Part shown: positions 28,215 to 40,042 of the stretch, in pieces
Layout of the letters: every line of letters starts with the position of its first letter
Position numbering within the stretch: position 1 is the first letter of the stretch
DNA from: an uncultured Gemmatimonadales bacterium
GTDB taxonomy: Bacteria > Gemmatimonadota > Gemmatimonadetes > Gemmatimonadales > GWC2-71-9
Assembly: GCA_963730185.1 (NCBI GenBank)
Contig: CAVSQW010000006.1
Location: 224,001 to 288,000, forward strand
Reading direction: 5' to 3'
Length of the DNA stretch: 64,000 bases
The notes under the pieces: model-generated
What the model was told of the DNA's origin: nothing
Database searches by the model: none
What the model saw: only the letters and a program-made list of their open reading frames with translations
Position numbers and translations under genes: made by a program

Positions 28215-30491
28215 CGTCCGTCGCCGAGCACTTCGATCGTGACCTGATCGGCCAGGCTCCCGGCCGTGGCCCGGATCACGTGCCTCCCGGGTTCGAGCCG
28301 CCAGCGGTGGTCGGGATGGGGCCGGCCATCGACGTACCAGCGGACCGGCCCCGACGCGCCCGCGGCCCGGAGCCCCACGGTGGCGTAGGCCGGATCGACC
28401 CCGGGCACGAAGCGGTAGCGGTCGCCGGGTCCCGGCGAGGTGATCCGGAAGCCGACCCGCCCGGTATCGGCGGCCACCCGGACCACCCCCGCGGACGCGA
28501 TCGCGTTCCCGCTCCCGGCCCGGGCCGCCCAGTCGGCGTACAGCGGCGGGAGCCGAACCCCGCGCGGGTCGTGCCAGTCGCAGGGCTCCTGGGGCACGGT
28601 CCCCGGTCGAAACCACTCGGTGGCGGTCGGGCAGTACGGGCCGGCCACGAGCCCCGACACCCGACAGATCGTCGCCGGCACCAACCCGGCGTCGCGGGGC
28701 ACCGGCAGGGTGCCCGGGGGGTACCTGACCGCCGTGGCGAGCACCACCCGCTGGAGCAGGGGGCCGGCCCCGCTCACTCCGCTCACGCCATCCATCGGCT
28801 GGCCGTTGAAGTTGCCCACCCAGACCGCCACCGTGAACGACCCGGTGACCGCGACCGCCCAGTTGTCGGTGAAGTGCCGGCTCGTCCCCGTCTTGGCCGC
28901 GGCTCGAAAGGGCAGCTCGAGCGGGGTGCTCAATGCCGAACCCGGGCACCCGGGCCACCGGGTCGGCCAGGATGTCGAGCACTTGCGCCGCGGAGGCGGG
29001 GCTCATCACCACCCGGGCCTCACCGGGCGGGGCGGCCGGCGGCGCCGGGGTCCACCGCACCGGATGCCAGACGCCACCGTCGGCCAGGGCCCGATAGCCG
29101 TTGGCCAGCTCCAGGAGCGTCACCTCGCCGTTGCCTAACGCGAGTCCGAGTCCGTAGAAGTCGGCCCGGCGGCGGAGCGACGCGAACCCGGCCCGATGGA
29201 GAACGTCGAGCAGTGAGGGGACTCCCACCCGGGAGGTGAGCTCCACCGCCGGCACGTTGAACGAGCTGGCCAGCGCCTCCCGGACTCGCACCGGCCCGTG
29301 GAAGCGACGGTCGTAGTTCCGAGGCGCGTACGGTCCGGTCGCCGTCCGGTACACCGTGGCGACGTCGGGGAGCACCGAGGCCGGCGTGTATCCCCGGTCG
29401 AACGCCAGTCCATAGAGGAACGGCTTCAGGGTGGAGCCGGGCTGCCGGGGCGAGATCACCATGTCGACCTGACCGGCGGAGGGCTCGAAGAAGTCGGGCG
29501 AGCCCACCCAGGCGAGGACCTCGCCGGTGCGGTTCGAGAGCACGACCGCCGCGCCCCTGCCGGGCTCCGGCCCGCCGCATGTCCGCGACGGTGTTGGCGC
29601 ACTTCCGCCTCGACGGCCTGCTGGAGCCCGAGATCGAGCGAGGTCTCGATCACGCTTCCGGCGGGAACGGAGTCGGCCAGCGGGCCGCTCAGGAGCCAGC
29701 TGGTGAAGTGGGGCGCCAGGAAGGAGGCATCCGGTCGGCGATCGAGCACCGGCTCCTCGCGGGCCCGCTCGACCACCTGCTCCGGCGTCAGGCCGAGGCG
29801 GGCCACTCGCTCCAGGACCAGATCGCGCCGGGCCGAGGCCCGCGCCCGCGAGCTGATCGGATTGTCGCGGCTCGGCGCCCGGGCCAGCCCCGCCAGGAGC
29901 GCGGCCTGCCCCAGGCTCAGGTCGCCCGCCGTCGGCCGAAGTAGAGCCGACTCGCGGCGTCGACCCCCTGGGTTCCCTGTCCCAGAGGGACGCGGTTCAG
30001 GTACTGCTCCAGGATCCGCTGCTTCGTCCAGATGGGCCTCGAGCCGGAGCGCCCAGAGCCGCCTGACGGAGCTTGCCCACCACGTGTGCGGGATCGGGCG
30101 GATCATCCGGCGCCAGCTGCATCGTGAGGGTCGACGCGCCGGAGGTCACCCGCCCGTGCGCGCAGGTTGCCGAGCGCCGCGCGACCGAGGGCGAGCCAGT
30201 CGACCCCGTGATGCACGAAGAAGCGTCGGTCCTCGGCGGCCAGGAAGGCGGTCAGCAGGTCGGGGTCGATGTCGTCGAGCGGCAGCCACCGCTGGCGGGC
30301 ACCGTCGGCCGCCCGGGTCGTCCGGAGCGGCTGGCCGGACCGATCCAGCACGGCGAACCCGGTGGCCGCGGGCGGGGAGAGGAGCTGATCGCCGGCACGG
30401 GCAGCGGCCACCCACCCGAGACCCCGCGGCCGCCAGCCCGATCGCGAGCCATCCGACCCGACGCGCGCCGGACCCGCCGCCGGAAGGCCAT
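28211..30491 (-). CDS. pbpC: Penicillin-binding protein 1C (multiple frameshifts)
   Basis: AAEDRRFFVHHGVD (transglycosylase), RQPGSTLKPFLY, SFNVPAV and AAKTGTS motifs. Directly follows the alpha-2-macroglobulin gene. Confidence 0.85.
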
Positions 30492-33400
30492 CACCGCCCC
30501 CGGCGCCTGCACCGTGAACATGCCCCCGCCGCTCCGTCCGTTCACGCCGGGTTGTACATCTCCTCGGCGTGCGTCTGCGGGTGGCGGAACGTGCCGGGCG
30601 TGGTGGCCCGGGCCAGGTACGTGGCCGTGTACGTCCCGGGCCAGAGCACCGTGGCCGAGTAGACGACCCGGTCGTCGCGGAGCTCCTGTGGTCGAACGGG
30701 CTCGACCAGCCCGAGTCCCAGACTGCCGAAGTACCAGCGCGGGGCGACGATCGCGTCGTCGGCGGCGCGACGCCGGTGGCACCGGCCCCCGGCCGGAAGC
30801 GAGCGACGCGTGCGGAGGCTCAGGTCCACCGGCTCGAGCCCGGCGGGGAGCGGATCGTCCAGGACCACGAACGTGCGTCACGGCGGCCACGCGGACCCGC
30901 AGCCGAACCCGCACCAGGTCGCCCTCGGCGGCCGCAGCGATGGGCTGGCCCGTTTCCGGGTTCTCGTACCAGCGCTCCACCTGGATGCCCCGATCCTCCG
31001 GCGGACCGGCGGCTCCTTCGGGGCCTCGGTGACGGTCAGGTAGTAGTAGACCGGCGCGCCGTCACCGACCGCATCGAGGCCCAGGTCGAGCGGACCGGGC
31101 CGCCTGGCCCGCGCCACCCGCGCGAGCGGGACGGTCGAGTCGAGCGGCGCCGAGCCGCCGCTGGCGAGCACGGTGCGCCCGCCGGCCCGGAGCCGGATCG
31201 CCCGCCCGGCCCCCGGCGGGAAGCGCCGGACGCCAGGCCTCCACCGCCCGCACCGCCTCGGCGTAGTCCTGGGTGTTCCACCATCGGCCCCTCGGCCCGG
31301 CCACGTCCCACCACCGCCTCGAACAGCGGTCCCAGCAGGGCGTGGGCCGAGTCGACGGCAAGGGTGGCGCGGAGCAGCTCCGCGGTGGGCCGGAGACTGG
31401 AGCCGAAGTAGGCTCGACCCCGGAGCGAATCGGAGCACCGTGGCGGACCGCCCCCTCGACCCGGGTTACGGCCCAGAATGGCTCCAAGAGGCGGCGGGCC
31501 GTGGCCGATTCCCTTCCCTGGCCGCCAGGCGGGCCAGCAGCATCCGGTCGGCCGGCGCCATCTGCCCGGCCCGCCGGAGCAGCTCGTTTTCGAGCGCCCG
31601 GCTGGGCCGCCCGAACCGGTTCAGGTACTCGGCCACCGCCAGGCGCTCGGCCAGGGAGGCCTGGCACGTCGGGCTCACGGAGCAGGATCGACGCCTGGAG
31701 CACCGGCGCCTGGTCCCGGTCCAGCGACGCGGTCGAGATAGCCGGCGATCCCAACCAACACGGTGTCGGGCACCGCGACGCCGGCCCCGCGGGCATCCAG
31801 CAGCACCAGCCCGGCATGGGCCGTGAGCCAGGGCGACGTCCAGTCCGTCCGGCTCCAGAGCCCGATCCCGCCGTCGTCGCGAAGCCGACGAGCCAACGTC
31901 GCGACCGCGCGGTCGATCTCGGCTCGAAGCCGAACGGTATCGGTCGCCAGGCCGGCCTCGCGTCGGGCCGCGTAGAGGGCGATCAGCGGGAGCGCCACGC
32001 TGCCGACCTGCTCGCTGCAGTAGTACGGATAGACCCGGAGCCGGTCGGCAAAGCCCTCGAGCAGCGCGACCGGCGAGGAGCCCGCCGAGAGCGTGATCCG
32101 CGAGCGGGAGACGTCGACGTCCGCGCCCAGATCGAGGTGCACCGTCGCCGTGTCCCGCACCAGACCGGCATAGGTCGTGACCCGGGGCCGGAGCTCGGCC
32201 CGGATCGGAATGGCCAGCCGGACGGCATCCCGGTCGCCGGCGCCGCGCACGTCGAACCGGAAGGCGGCGCTGTCACCGGGCTCGGCCCGGAATGCGAACC
32301 GGACTTCCCGCCCCCGTCCGGCCTCCAGGACGGCGGACAGCCGCCCCGGGCCTTCGAGCGCAATGCCCGTGGTCCGGGCCTCGACCTCGACCGTGGGCGT
32401 CCCCCCGGTGCGGTGGTTCACCACGACCCCGGCGGTGAACCGGTCTCCCGGCCTCACGAAACGGGGCAGCGCGGGCCGGGCCAGCAACGGCCGGGTCACC
32501 AGCATCGGCGACCTGGCGGAGCCGTAGCGGTCGCCCGCGGTCACCGCGACTGCCATGACCCGGAAGGTCGTGAGGTTGTCGGGGAGGGTGACCGTGGTCC
32601 GGGCCACGCCGCTCGAATCGGCCTCGACCGAGCTCAGGAAGAAGGCCGTCGCCCGGAACCGGGAGCGGAGAATGTCGGCCGCGCCCTCGCCTCCACCGCC
32701 GCCCGGGTTACGCCCCTTGTCGCCCTGGGCAACCTGCGGCACGATCGACGCCAGGTTGCTCCCCAGCCGAAGGCCGAGGCCCCGGGGGGCATAGAGCAGG
32801 TCGATCGGGTCGGGGGTCCGGTAGCCGGTGAGCGAGAGCACGCCTTCGTCCACCGCCCAGAGGGTCACCTCGCCGGCCGTCGGTCGGGCGACCGTCCAGG
32901 AGGGTGGCGGTGAGCGTGGCGCGATCGCCCGGCCGGTACTCGGGCCGGTCGGCGGCCAGCGTCAGGCTCAGTCGCTTCCGCTCCGGCGTGACCCGGACCT
33001 CGGCGTACCCGACCCGGATGGTGGGCCGGCCGGGATCGTCGAGCGGACCGGGCTTGGCGCTCCGGCCGCGGGCCACCACGATCGAGACGAAGGCGTTGGG
33101 CGCCCAGGCCTCGGTGATCGGGAACCGGAGCGTCGTGGCGCCGTCCTCGATCCGGAGGCGGCGCTCCTCGATGACGCCCTCCCGCTCCACCGTTACCCAC
33201 GCCTCCGCGTCGGTGAAGGGCGAGGCGAAGAGGATCTTGGCGGTGTCGCCCGGGGCGTAGCGGCTCCGGTCCGGGACCACGTCCATCTTGAACCGGGTCT
33301 CGTCGGCCCAGGGCACCCACCCTGGACCGGTCACCCAGCGGTGGAAGCTGGTCACCACGGGCCGGCCGGCCGAGTCCCTGGCGGTGAAGTAGAGGGTGTA

Positions 33401-36211
33401 GCTCCCCGGCTTCTCCGGGGTCAGGCGACAGGCCGCCGAGCCATCCACCCCGGTCCGGGCCAGGCACCGATCGACCGTGTCGGCCACCCACTCGCCCACC
33501 GTCTGAGCGAAGTCGCCGGTCTCCCGCCGGACCTGATGCCACTCGCGCCGGATCAAGGCACCGCGAATCGGGACGCCGGCCACCCGCGCGCCGGCCGGCC
33601 GCACCCCGATCAGGTCGATCGTCTGGGCCGAGCCGGCGGACCAGAAGTAGGCGCTCGAGGCGGGCTTGGCCCCCACGTAGAAGGCCGCCGGATGGGCCAC
33701 GACGCTGGCCGAGCCGAGCACGGATTGGCGGTTCACGTCGGTGACCACCGCGTTGAGCGTGATCCGGGCCGGCCGGCCGGCCCGGGCCAGCGACACCGCA
33801 GCTCGCACGGCGAGGTGCCCGGTGGCGTCGAGTGAGTCGACCTCGACCCGCGACACGCTGGTGGCCGAATGAGACTCGAACTCGTCGTACCACCAGCCCC
33901 GCTCGAGAAACAGATACCCCTCGGCATTCGGGACCTCGAACGCCCACGGATCAAGCGCCTCCTGGCGAACTGACCAGGTGACCGCCGCTCGCGCCATCGG
34001 GGCGCCGAAGAGGTAGCGGGCGCCGATCGTGGCCCCGACGGTGTCACCGTCGATTCGGGCGGCGGTGTCGGCGGTGACGTCCACCAGAAACTCCGGCGGC
34101 CGGTACTCGGCGACGCGATAGGTGGCCCGGCCGATTGGCTCCCATTGCCCCTGCCGCCGGAGCGCCACGGTCACCGCGTACTCGCCCAGGCCGGCGTCGG
34201 CCGGCAGGGCGAAGGCCTCAGACCGGGTGCCGAAGCGCGAGAGGCTCACGACCCGCTCGGCCAGCGGGCCGCCGTCCCGGTCCAGGAACGCGATCCGGGC
34301 GGAGTCTTTCGGGGCGGGCGGCCGGAGCGCGCCGAGCAGACCGGTCCGCACGATCGCCTTGGCGAAGACGCTGTCGCCCGGGCGGTAGATGCCGCGTTCG
34401 GTGAAGACCGCCGCGGCGGCGGGGAGTCGAGCGGGGCCCCAGGCGCCGGAGACGTTGAAGTTCCAGGGACTGAGATCGGGGTCGTACTGGGTAACGCCGA
34501 CCACGGCCCGGTCGCCGCCGAGTCGGGCCTCGACGTACCCCTCGAAGCCGCTCGAGAAGTCGGGCTCGTCGTCGGCGCGCGCCACCGCGGCGCGCCGGAG
34601 CGATCCGAAGCGGGCCAGCCCCCGGTCGTCGGTGATACCCTCGGCCAGCACCCGGCCCTGAGCGTCCCGGACCCGGACCGACACGCCCTTCCGGACCCGG
34701 CCGTCCTCCACCCCGGTGATCCAGACCGTCCCTTCCTCGGGACCGATCTTGGCATGGACCCCGAGATCGGTCACCTGGACCAGGGCGATCGGCGCCGGGC
34801 GGAGGTACTCGTCGGGCTTGCGGTTGCGGGTCAGGGCCGGGCTGGTGATCCGGACGGCGTAGAGGGTGGAACGCCCGGGGGCGCGCTCGTCGCCGGCCGG
34901 AAAGGGCACCCCGAACACGCCGTGATGGTCCCGGGCCGCACCGACCGCGAAGGCGCGGCGCACCGCGCGCGGGGCCAGCGAGTCCCAGATCCCGTCCCAC
35001 GCGTACCAGCTCCGCGCCAGGAGCCGTCCTTCCATCGAGTCCGGCACGGCCACGCTCTCGACCACCAGGGTGTCGACGTTGACGTAGGTCACCGGCAGGG
35101 TCCGGGGACCGCTCCGTTCGATGGTCAGCTTGCCGGTGGTGTACTCCACCTCGGGCGCGAACCCGGTCGTGACGGCCGTGACGCGGGGGTTCCCGACGAG
35201 GTGTTGCCCGAACCGGTCGGTAAGGGCCGGGTCGACCGACACCAGATAGCCGGTCCGGGGCTTGAGTTCGGCCCAGAGATTCCAGATCGGGCGGGCGTCG
35301 GTCGTGTCGGAGACGGTGAAGGTCGTGGCCGGGAGGACCTTGACCCGACGGAGCACCTCGGCGCCGGTGACCGGCGTGCTGAACTCGAGCAGGATCGGAC
35401 CGGTCGGGCAGAACCGCCCGCCGCCGCACTGCGCCTTGACGATCCGGAGCGGGCCGTGGGTCGCGAAGCGCCAGCGCTGGAGCGGGCCGGGCGACTCGAG
35501 ATCGAACGCGGTCGGGACCACCAGCTCGCCCGCGCAGTCGAGCGGCAGGGGCTGATCGGGCGTCAGCGTCACCAGCCGGCGGAGCGAATCTACCGAGCGG
35601 TCTCGATCCCATCCGCCCGCCTCGCGGAACTGCCAGGGAGCGTCGTCGGGAATCGGCGCTTCTCTCGTAACCCGGAGCCGTACCGGGCCCGGGCGCCGGC
35701 AGGTCGCCCCCAGCTCGAGGTAGGCCAACCGGCGCGCCACGGCCGGATCGAGGCTCGAGCTGACGACCAGCCGGAAGGTGGCGTCGGCTTCGAGAAAGCG
35801 GTCGGCGTACCCGGGCCCGGCCGGCAGCCCGGCCAGCGCTCGCGGCCCGGTGACTCGGAACGAGAACCGATACGGGCCGTCGAGGCGGCTCCCGTCGAGG
35901 GCGGTGAAGGTCGGGCTCACCGTCACGGTGTAACGGGCACCGGACCGCAGCGGCGCGGAGGGCCGAAGCCGGAGGGTGACCGGGTCGCGCCAGTCGACGA
36001 CGCCGGGAATCGCCGGGGACACCGAGAGGATCGAGGCCGGATCGACATTCCGGCCCAGCCCGCCGACCACCGGGCGGTCGAAGGTGACCGCGATCACGGT
36101 GGTGGGAGCACCCTGCTGCAAGGGGGTCGTGCGTAGCACGCCGAGCGCGGCGGGGGAGTCGGCGGCGACGGCCCCGAGCAGGACCGCGGTGAGAACCCGA
36201 ACTGGCAGCAT
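30491..36211 (-). CDS. Bacterial alpha-2-macroglobulin (YfhM-like), multiple frameshifts in the 3' third
   Basis: TERGIYRPGD, EYRPPEF, AVDEGVLSLT, LPDNLTTFR, thioester YPYYCSEQ (32008-32019), WWNTQD and EEMYNP motifs. Confidence 0.9.
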
Positions 36212-36558
36212 GGCGGACCTCGCACTGGGAACCGGGCGTCCCAAATACTAACCCAAGGCTCGACCCGGCCGCCCCCGGCTCGGCCGGCCCGGCGGATCGG
36301 GCAATCGGACTGCGGGGCGCAATTCCCCGCAGCCCGGGTGATCGAGTTGACGTCGTCTTGGTAACTCTTTGAGGAATAGAGAGATACGAGCCAACACCAG
36401 GAATGCCGGGATCGGTCCCTCCGGCGGCGTCCACCGAGCCGGGACAGACTGGCCAGCCGCCTTGGTGTGCGCTATATTGAGCAGTCGCAATCGGTTAGCC
36501 GCAGGCGACCGGCTCTGACACGAAGTCGGGGACGTCATCGAACAAGGAGCGAGCACTG

Positions 36559-38130
36559 ATGCAGAGAGTCCTCCTGTTGGCGGGAGTCTTGATGTTGGCA
36601 GGCACCCCGCTCATGGCGCAGGAGAAAGGCACTTGGGAGCTGGGTGGCTTCGGCCGATTCACCAAGTACGACGGCAGCTTCGCGACCACCCGGAAGTCGG
36701 AGAACAGCTACGGCGGCGGTGGTCGGATCGGCTACTTTCTCTCGCCCAAGTTCTCGCTCGAGGCCGATGGCTCATTCAACGCCAGCGACCTCCAGGCCTA
36801 CTTCACCAGCCAGCAGAGCTCGCCGGTCCGCTACTGGCCCTTCCATCTCCGGGGCCTCTTCCACGCACCGCTGGGCAACCGGGCGGCGTTCCTGATCGGC
36901 GCTGGCGGGGTGCTCAACCACTACGGGAAGAGCAGCAACCCGCAGGTCAAGACGATCAACGGGAACGACGTGGGCGTGGGCGGGCTGGTCGGCTTCCGGC
37001 TCAAGGCCAACAGCTGGCTCTCGCTCCGGGCGGACGGCACCCTCGACTACATGCCGAGCCCGGCCAACGGGAAGGCGGCCGTGGTCAACGAGGGCACGAC
37101 CGATCCGACCGTGCCGTCGAAGAACACCCACCTGGGGCTCCAGCTCGGGCTGAGCATCTTCCCGAACGCCAAGTGCACCAAGCGGCTCGACGCGATCGAC
37201 CTGCTGCCCAATACGGCGTCGGTCCAGACCGGTCAGTCGGTCCAGTTCAACGTGACCGGCCGGCTCTGCGACGGGTCCTCGACCACGCCGCAGGTGACCT
37301 ACGCGGTCATGCCGAGCGGCACCATCGGGCCCAACGGCGTGTTCGGCTCGGGGACCCCCGGCACCTACCAGGTCGTGGCCCGTACCCTGAACGGGAAGCT
37401 GGCCGACACGTCGACCGTCACGGTCGCCGCGCCGCCCCCGCCGCCCCCGCCGCCGCCGACCCTGACCCGGATCGAGATGTCGCCCAAGTCGGCGAACCTG
37501 AAGCTGAGCGAAGGCACCAGCTTCACCGTCACCGGTTACTGGAGCGACGGGAACAGTCGCCCCATGCGGGCCGACGAGTGCAGCCTCTCGGCCGACGGGA
37601 CCCCGATGGCCTCGGGCTGGCAGTACACCTGGAGCCGGAGCGGCGACTACGCCGTGACCGCCACCTGCATGGGCCAGAGCGACCGGGCCAACGTGACGGT
37701 CCGCGGGCTCTCGGTCACCCTCCGGGCCATGTTCGGCACCAATCGTTACTCCGACGCCAGCGCGATCGAGCGCGGCTCGCTCGACTCGGTGGCCACGGTG
37801 CTCAAGGCCGACCCGACGATGAAGGTCTACATCGACGGTCACACCGACTGGCGCAACAGCGTCAAGTACAACGCCTGGCTGGCCCAGAAACGGGCCGAGA
37901 CGATTCAGCGGGATCTGATCAAGCGCGGCATCGCCAAGGACCGGCTCATCGTCCGGTCGTTCAGCGAGTGCGCACCGGCGGCCGACAACTCCACCGACGA
38001 GGGCATGGCCCAGAACCGTCGGGTCGAGCTCAAGCAGATCGAGACCCCGACGCCGGAGCCGGGCAACACCAGCTGCGCCGAGAGCGGTCCAGGCGGCACC
38101 AGCAAGATCGGCCGGCCGGGCGACGCCTGA
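36559..38130 (+). CDS. OmpA family protein (OM beta-barrel, two Ig-like domains, poly-Pro linker, OmpA C-terminal domain)
   Basis: Signal peptide, beta-strand-rich N-terminus, PPPPPPPP, IDGHTD..YNAWLAQKRAE..NRRVE. Confidence 0.88.
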   Translation: MQRVLLLAGVLMLAGTPLMAQEKGTWELGGFGRFTKYDGSFATTRKSENSYGGGGRIGYFLSPKFSLEADGSFNASDLQAYFTSQQSSPVRYWPFHLRGLFHAPLGNRAAFLIGAGGVLNHYGKSSNPQVKTINGNDVGVGGLVGFRLKANSWLSLRADGTLDYMPSPANGKAAVVNEGTTDPTVPSKNTHLGLQLGLSIFPNAKCTKRLDAIDLLPNTASVQTGQSVQFNVTGRLCDGSSTTPQVTYAVMPSGTIGPNGVFGSGTPGTYQVVARTLNGKLADTSTVTVAAPPPPPPPPPTLTRIEMSPKSANLKLSEGTSFTVTGYWSDGNSRPMRADECSLSADGTPMASGWQYTWSRSGDYAVTATCMGQSDRANVTVRGLSVTLRAMFGTNRYSDASAIERGSLDSVATVLKADPTMKVYIDGHTDWRNSVKYNAWLAQKRAETIQRDLIKRGIAKDRLIVRSFSECAPAADNSTDEGMAQNRRVELKQIETPTPEPGNTSCAESGPGGTSKIGRPGDA

Positions 38131-38155
38131 TCGCCCGCCGCGGATCCTTCCACGC

Positions 38156-38193
38156 AACGCGGGGTCGCCTTCGGGCGACCCCGCGTTCGTTTT
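38156..38193 (+). terminator. Intrinsic terminator after the ompA-like gene
   Basis: AACGCGGGGTCGCC-TTCG-GGCGACCCCGCGTT then CGTTTT, between convergent genes. Confidence 0.88.
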
Positions 38194-38197
38194 CGCC

Positions 38198-39316
38198 TCA
38201 GTCGGCGGGGGTCGCGGGGGCGGCGGACGAGGCCGGCTCCGGCACGGCCGGCCGCGGCACGCTCCCCGGTCTCGCGATCGGGGGGAGCGGCAAGGGCAGC
38301 TCGCCGGTGAACCCAGTGCTCGAGCCGGTCGGCAGGTGCTCCTCGCGGTACATCCGGAGGATCTCGAAGAAGTAGGAGAGGGCCAGCGGGCCGATCAGCA
38401 GCCCGAGCAGGCCGAAGTAGCCGACGCCGGCGACGGCACCCACCAGTGTGACCAGGGGATGGATCTGGGCGTAGCGATTGAAGATCAGCGGCCGGATCCC
38501 GTAGTCGATGACGCCGGTGAGGCCCAGGTTCCAGAGCACCATGAAGAGGGCCCCGCCGGGCCGGTCGTCGAGCAGCAGCACCGCCACCGCCGGAATCCAG
38601 ATCATCCCGCTTCCCACCACGGGCAGGATCGCGAATACGAATGTCACCACGCCCCAGAAGAGTGGATCGGAAAGGCCGGTGAAGGTGAAGGCCAGCGCCA
38701 CCGCGGTGCCCTGCGCCAGCGCGGTGAGCCCGGTCCCGATCACGGTCGAGGTGGTCACGTCGCGGAACCGCTGCCGCAGCATCTCCGCGTTCGGATCGGA
38801 GAACGGGACGTACGGGCGTACCGCCTGCCAGACCTTGGGACCGGTGAGGAGCAGGTAGTAGAGGCCGAAGAGCGCCAGGAGCAGGTTGAGCACGAAGCGG
38901 GTCGCCGTCCCCACCAGCTTGAGGGCGTTCCCTCCGAGCCAGCTGACCAGCTGCTGGCTGATCTGGGCGAGCTCGGCCCCGACGTCGAACCGGCCCACCC
39001 GGAGCTCGCTCAGACGATCGAGCAGCGGGCCGGTGGCCACCTTGGTCGCCATGTCCTGGGCCTGCCCCACGAGGAGCCCGACCACCGACACGCCCGGGAT
39101 CACGATCAGGAGGATGGTGACCAGCACCACCACCGTGGCCGCGATCCGCGGCCCGGTGACCCGGGAAAGACGGTGATGCAGCGGCTCGAAGATCACGTAG
39201 AGCACCGGCACCGCGATCAGCCCGCTCGCATACGGGGCCAGGGCGATGGCCAAGCCCACGCCGAGGAGGGCGAGGACGAGCGCGGCCCGCTGATGTCGCG
39301 AGTCGAAGAACGGCAT
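38198..39316 (-). CDS. AI-2E family transporter
   Basis: Multi-TM protein with LPVVGS..WIP and IHPLVTLVG..GLLGLLIGPL. Confidence 0.88.
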   Translation of the reverse strand: MPFFDSRHQRAALVLALLGVGLAIALAPYASGLIAVPVLYVIFEPLHHRLSRVTGPRIAATVVVLVTILLIVIPGVSVVGLLVGQAQDMATKVATGPLLDRLSELRVGRFDVGAELAQISQQLVSWLGGNALKLVGTATRFVLNLLLALFGLYYLLLTGPKVWQAVRPYVPFSDPNAEMLRQRFRDVTTSTVIGTGLTALAQGTAVALAFTFTGLSDPLFWGVVTFVFAILPVVGSGMIWIPAVAVLLLDDRPGGALFMVLWNLGLTGVIDYGIRPLIFNRYAQIHPLVTLVGAVAGVGYFGLLGLLIGPLALSYFFEILRMYREEHLPTGSSTGFTGELPLPLPPIARPGSVPRPAVPEPASSAAPATPAD

Positions 39317-39325
39317 CGAGAGCTC

Positions 39326-40030
39326 CTACGAGGTCGGCGTCAGGACCGGCTCGAGCACCCGCCAGACGTTCCGCGCCACGATTCGCTGCCCCGCCGGCGT
39401 GGGATGGATCCCGTCGGCCTGATTCAGCGAGTCGACCCCCGCCACCCCGGCCAGCAGAAACGGAACCAACGCCAGGTGATTGTCGCGGGCCAACTCGGGA
39501 AAGATCGCCCGGAAGCGGCGGGTGTAGTCCGCACCGAGGTTGGGCAGGGCCTCCATGCCGGCCAGCACGACCTGCGGCGCCGGGTCGAGCCGACGGGTCG
39601 AGTCGATGACGGCCTGGATGTTCGCCCGGACCGAGTCGGGGTCCTGGCCTCTCAAGCCGTCGTTGGCGCCGGTCTCGATCACCAGCGCGGCCACCCGGCC
39701 CTGCCCCAAAATCCAGTCGATCCGTCGGAGCAGCCCGGCCGAGGTCTCGCCGCTCACCCCGGCGTTCACCACCCGGTAGTCCAACCCGAGCGAGTCGACG
39801 AGGTGCTGGATCAGCGCCGGGTACGCGAGCGACGGATCGGGAAGCCCGTACCCCGCCGTGAGGCTGGTGCCCGCGAAGACGATCGTGGGCCGGTCGTCGG
39901 CCGGGGCCGGACGGGATGCCACAGCCCGAGCCGAATCCGGCGCAGCGGGCGCCGGCGGCTCGCGGTCCTTGCCCACGCAGCCCGCCGCTCCCAGCGCGAC
40001 CATGCCCAGCAGGCCCCATCGGACTATCAT
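39326..40030 (-). CDS. tesA: Arylesterase/TesA-like SGNH lipoprotein
   Basis: Lipobox-like AAGC, GTSLTAGYG, NAGVSGET, GANDGLRG and DGIHP motifs. Confidence 0.85.
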   Translation of the reverse strand: MIVRWGLLGMVALGAAGCVGKDREPPAPAAPDSARAVASRPAPADDRPTIVFAGTSLTAGYGLPDPSLAYPALIQHLVDSLGLDYRVVNAGVSGETSAGLLRRIDWILGQGRVAALVIETGANDGLRGQDPDSVRANIQAVIDSTRRLDPAPQVVLAGMEALPNLGADYTRRFRAIFPELARDNHLALVPFLLAGVAGVDSLNQADGIHPTPAGQRIVARNVWRVLEPVLTPTS

Positions 40031-40042
40031 TGAAGCCGACTT

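Noticed and set aside
37430..37460. CCG-rich tandem repeat
   Set aside because: It encodes the poly-proline linker of OmpA and is not an independent repeat element.
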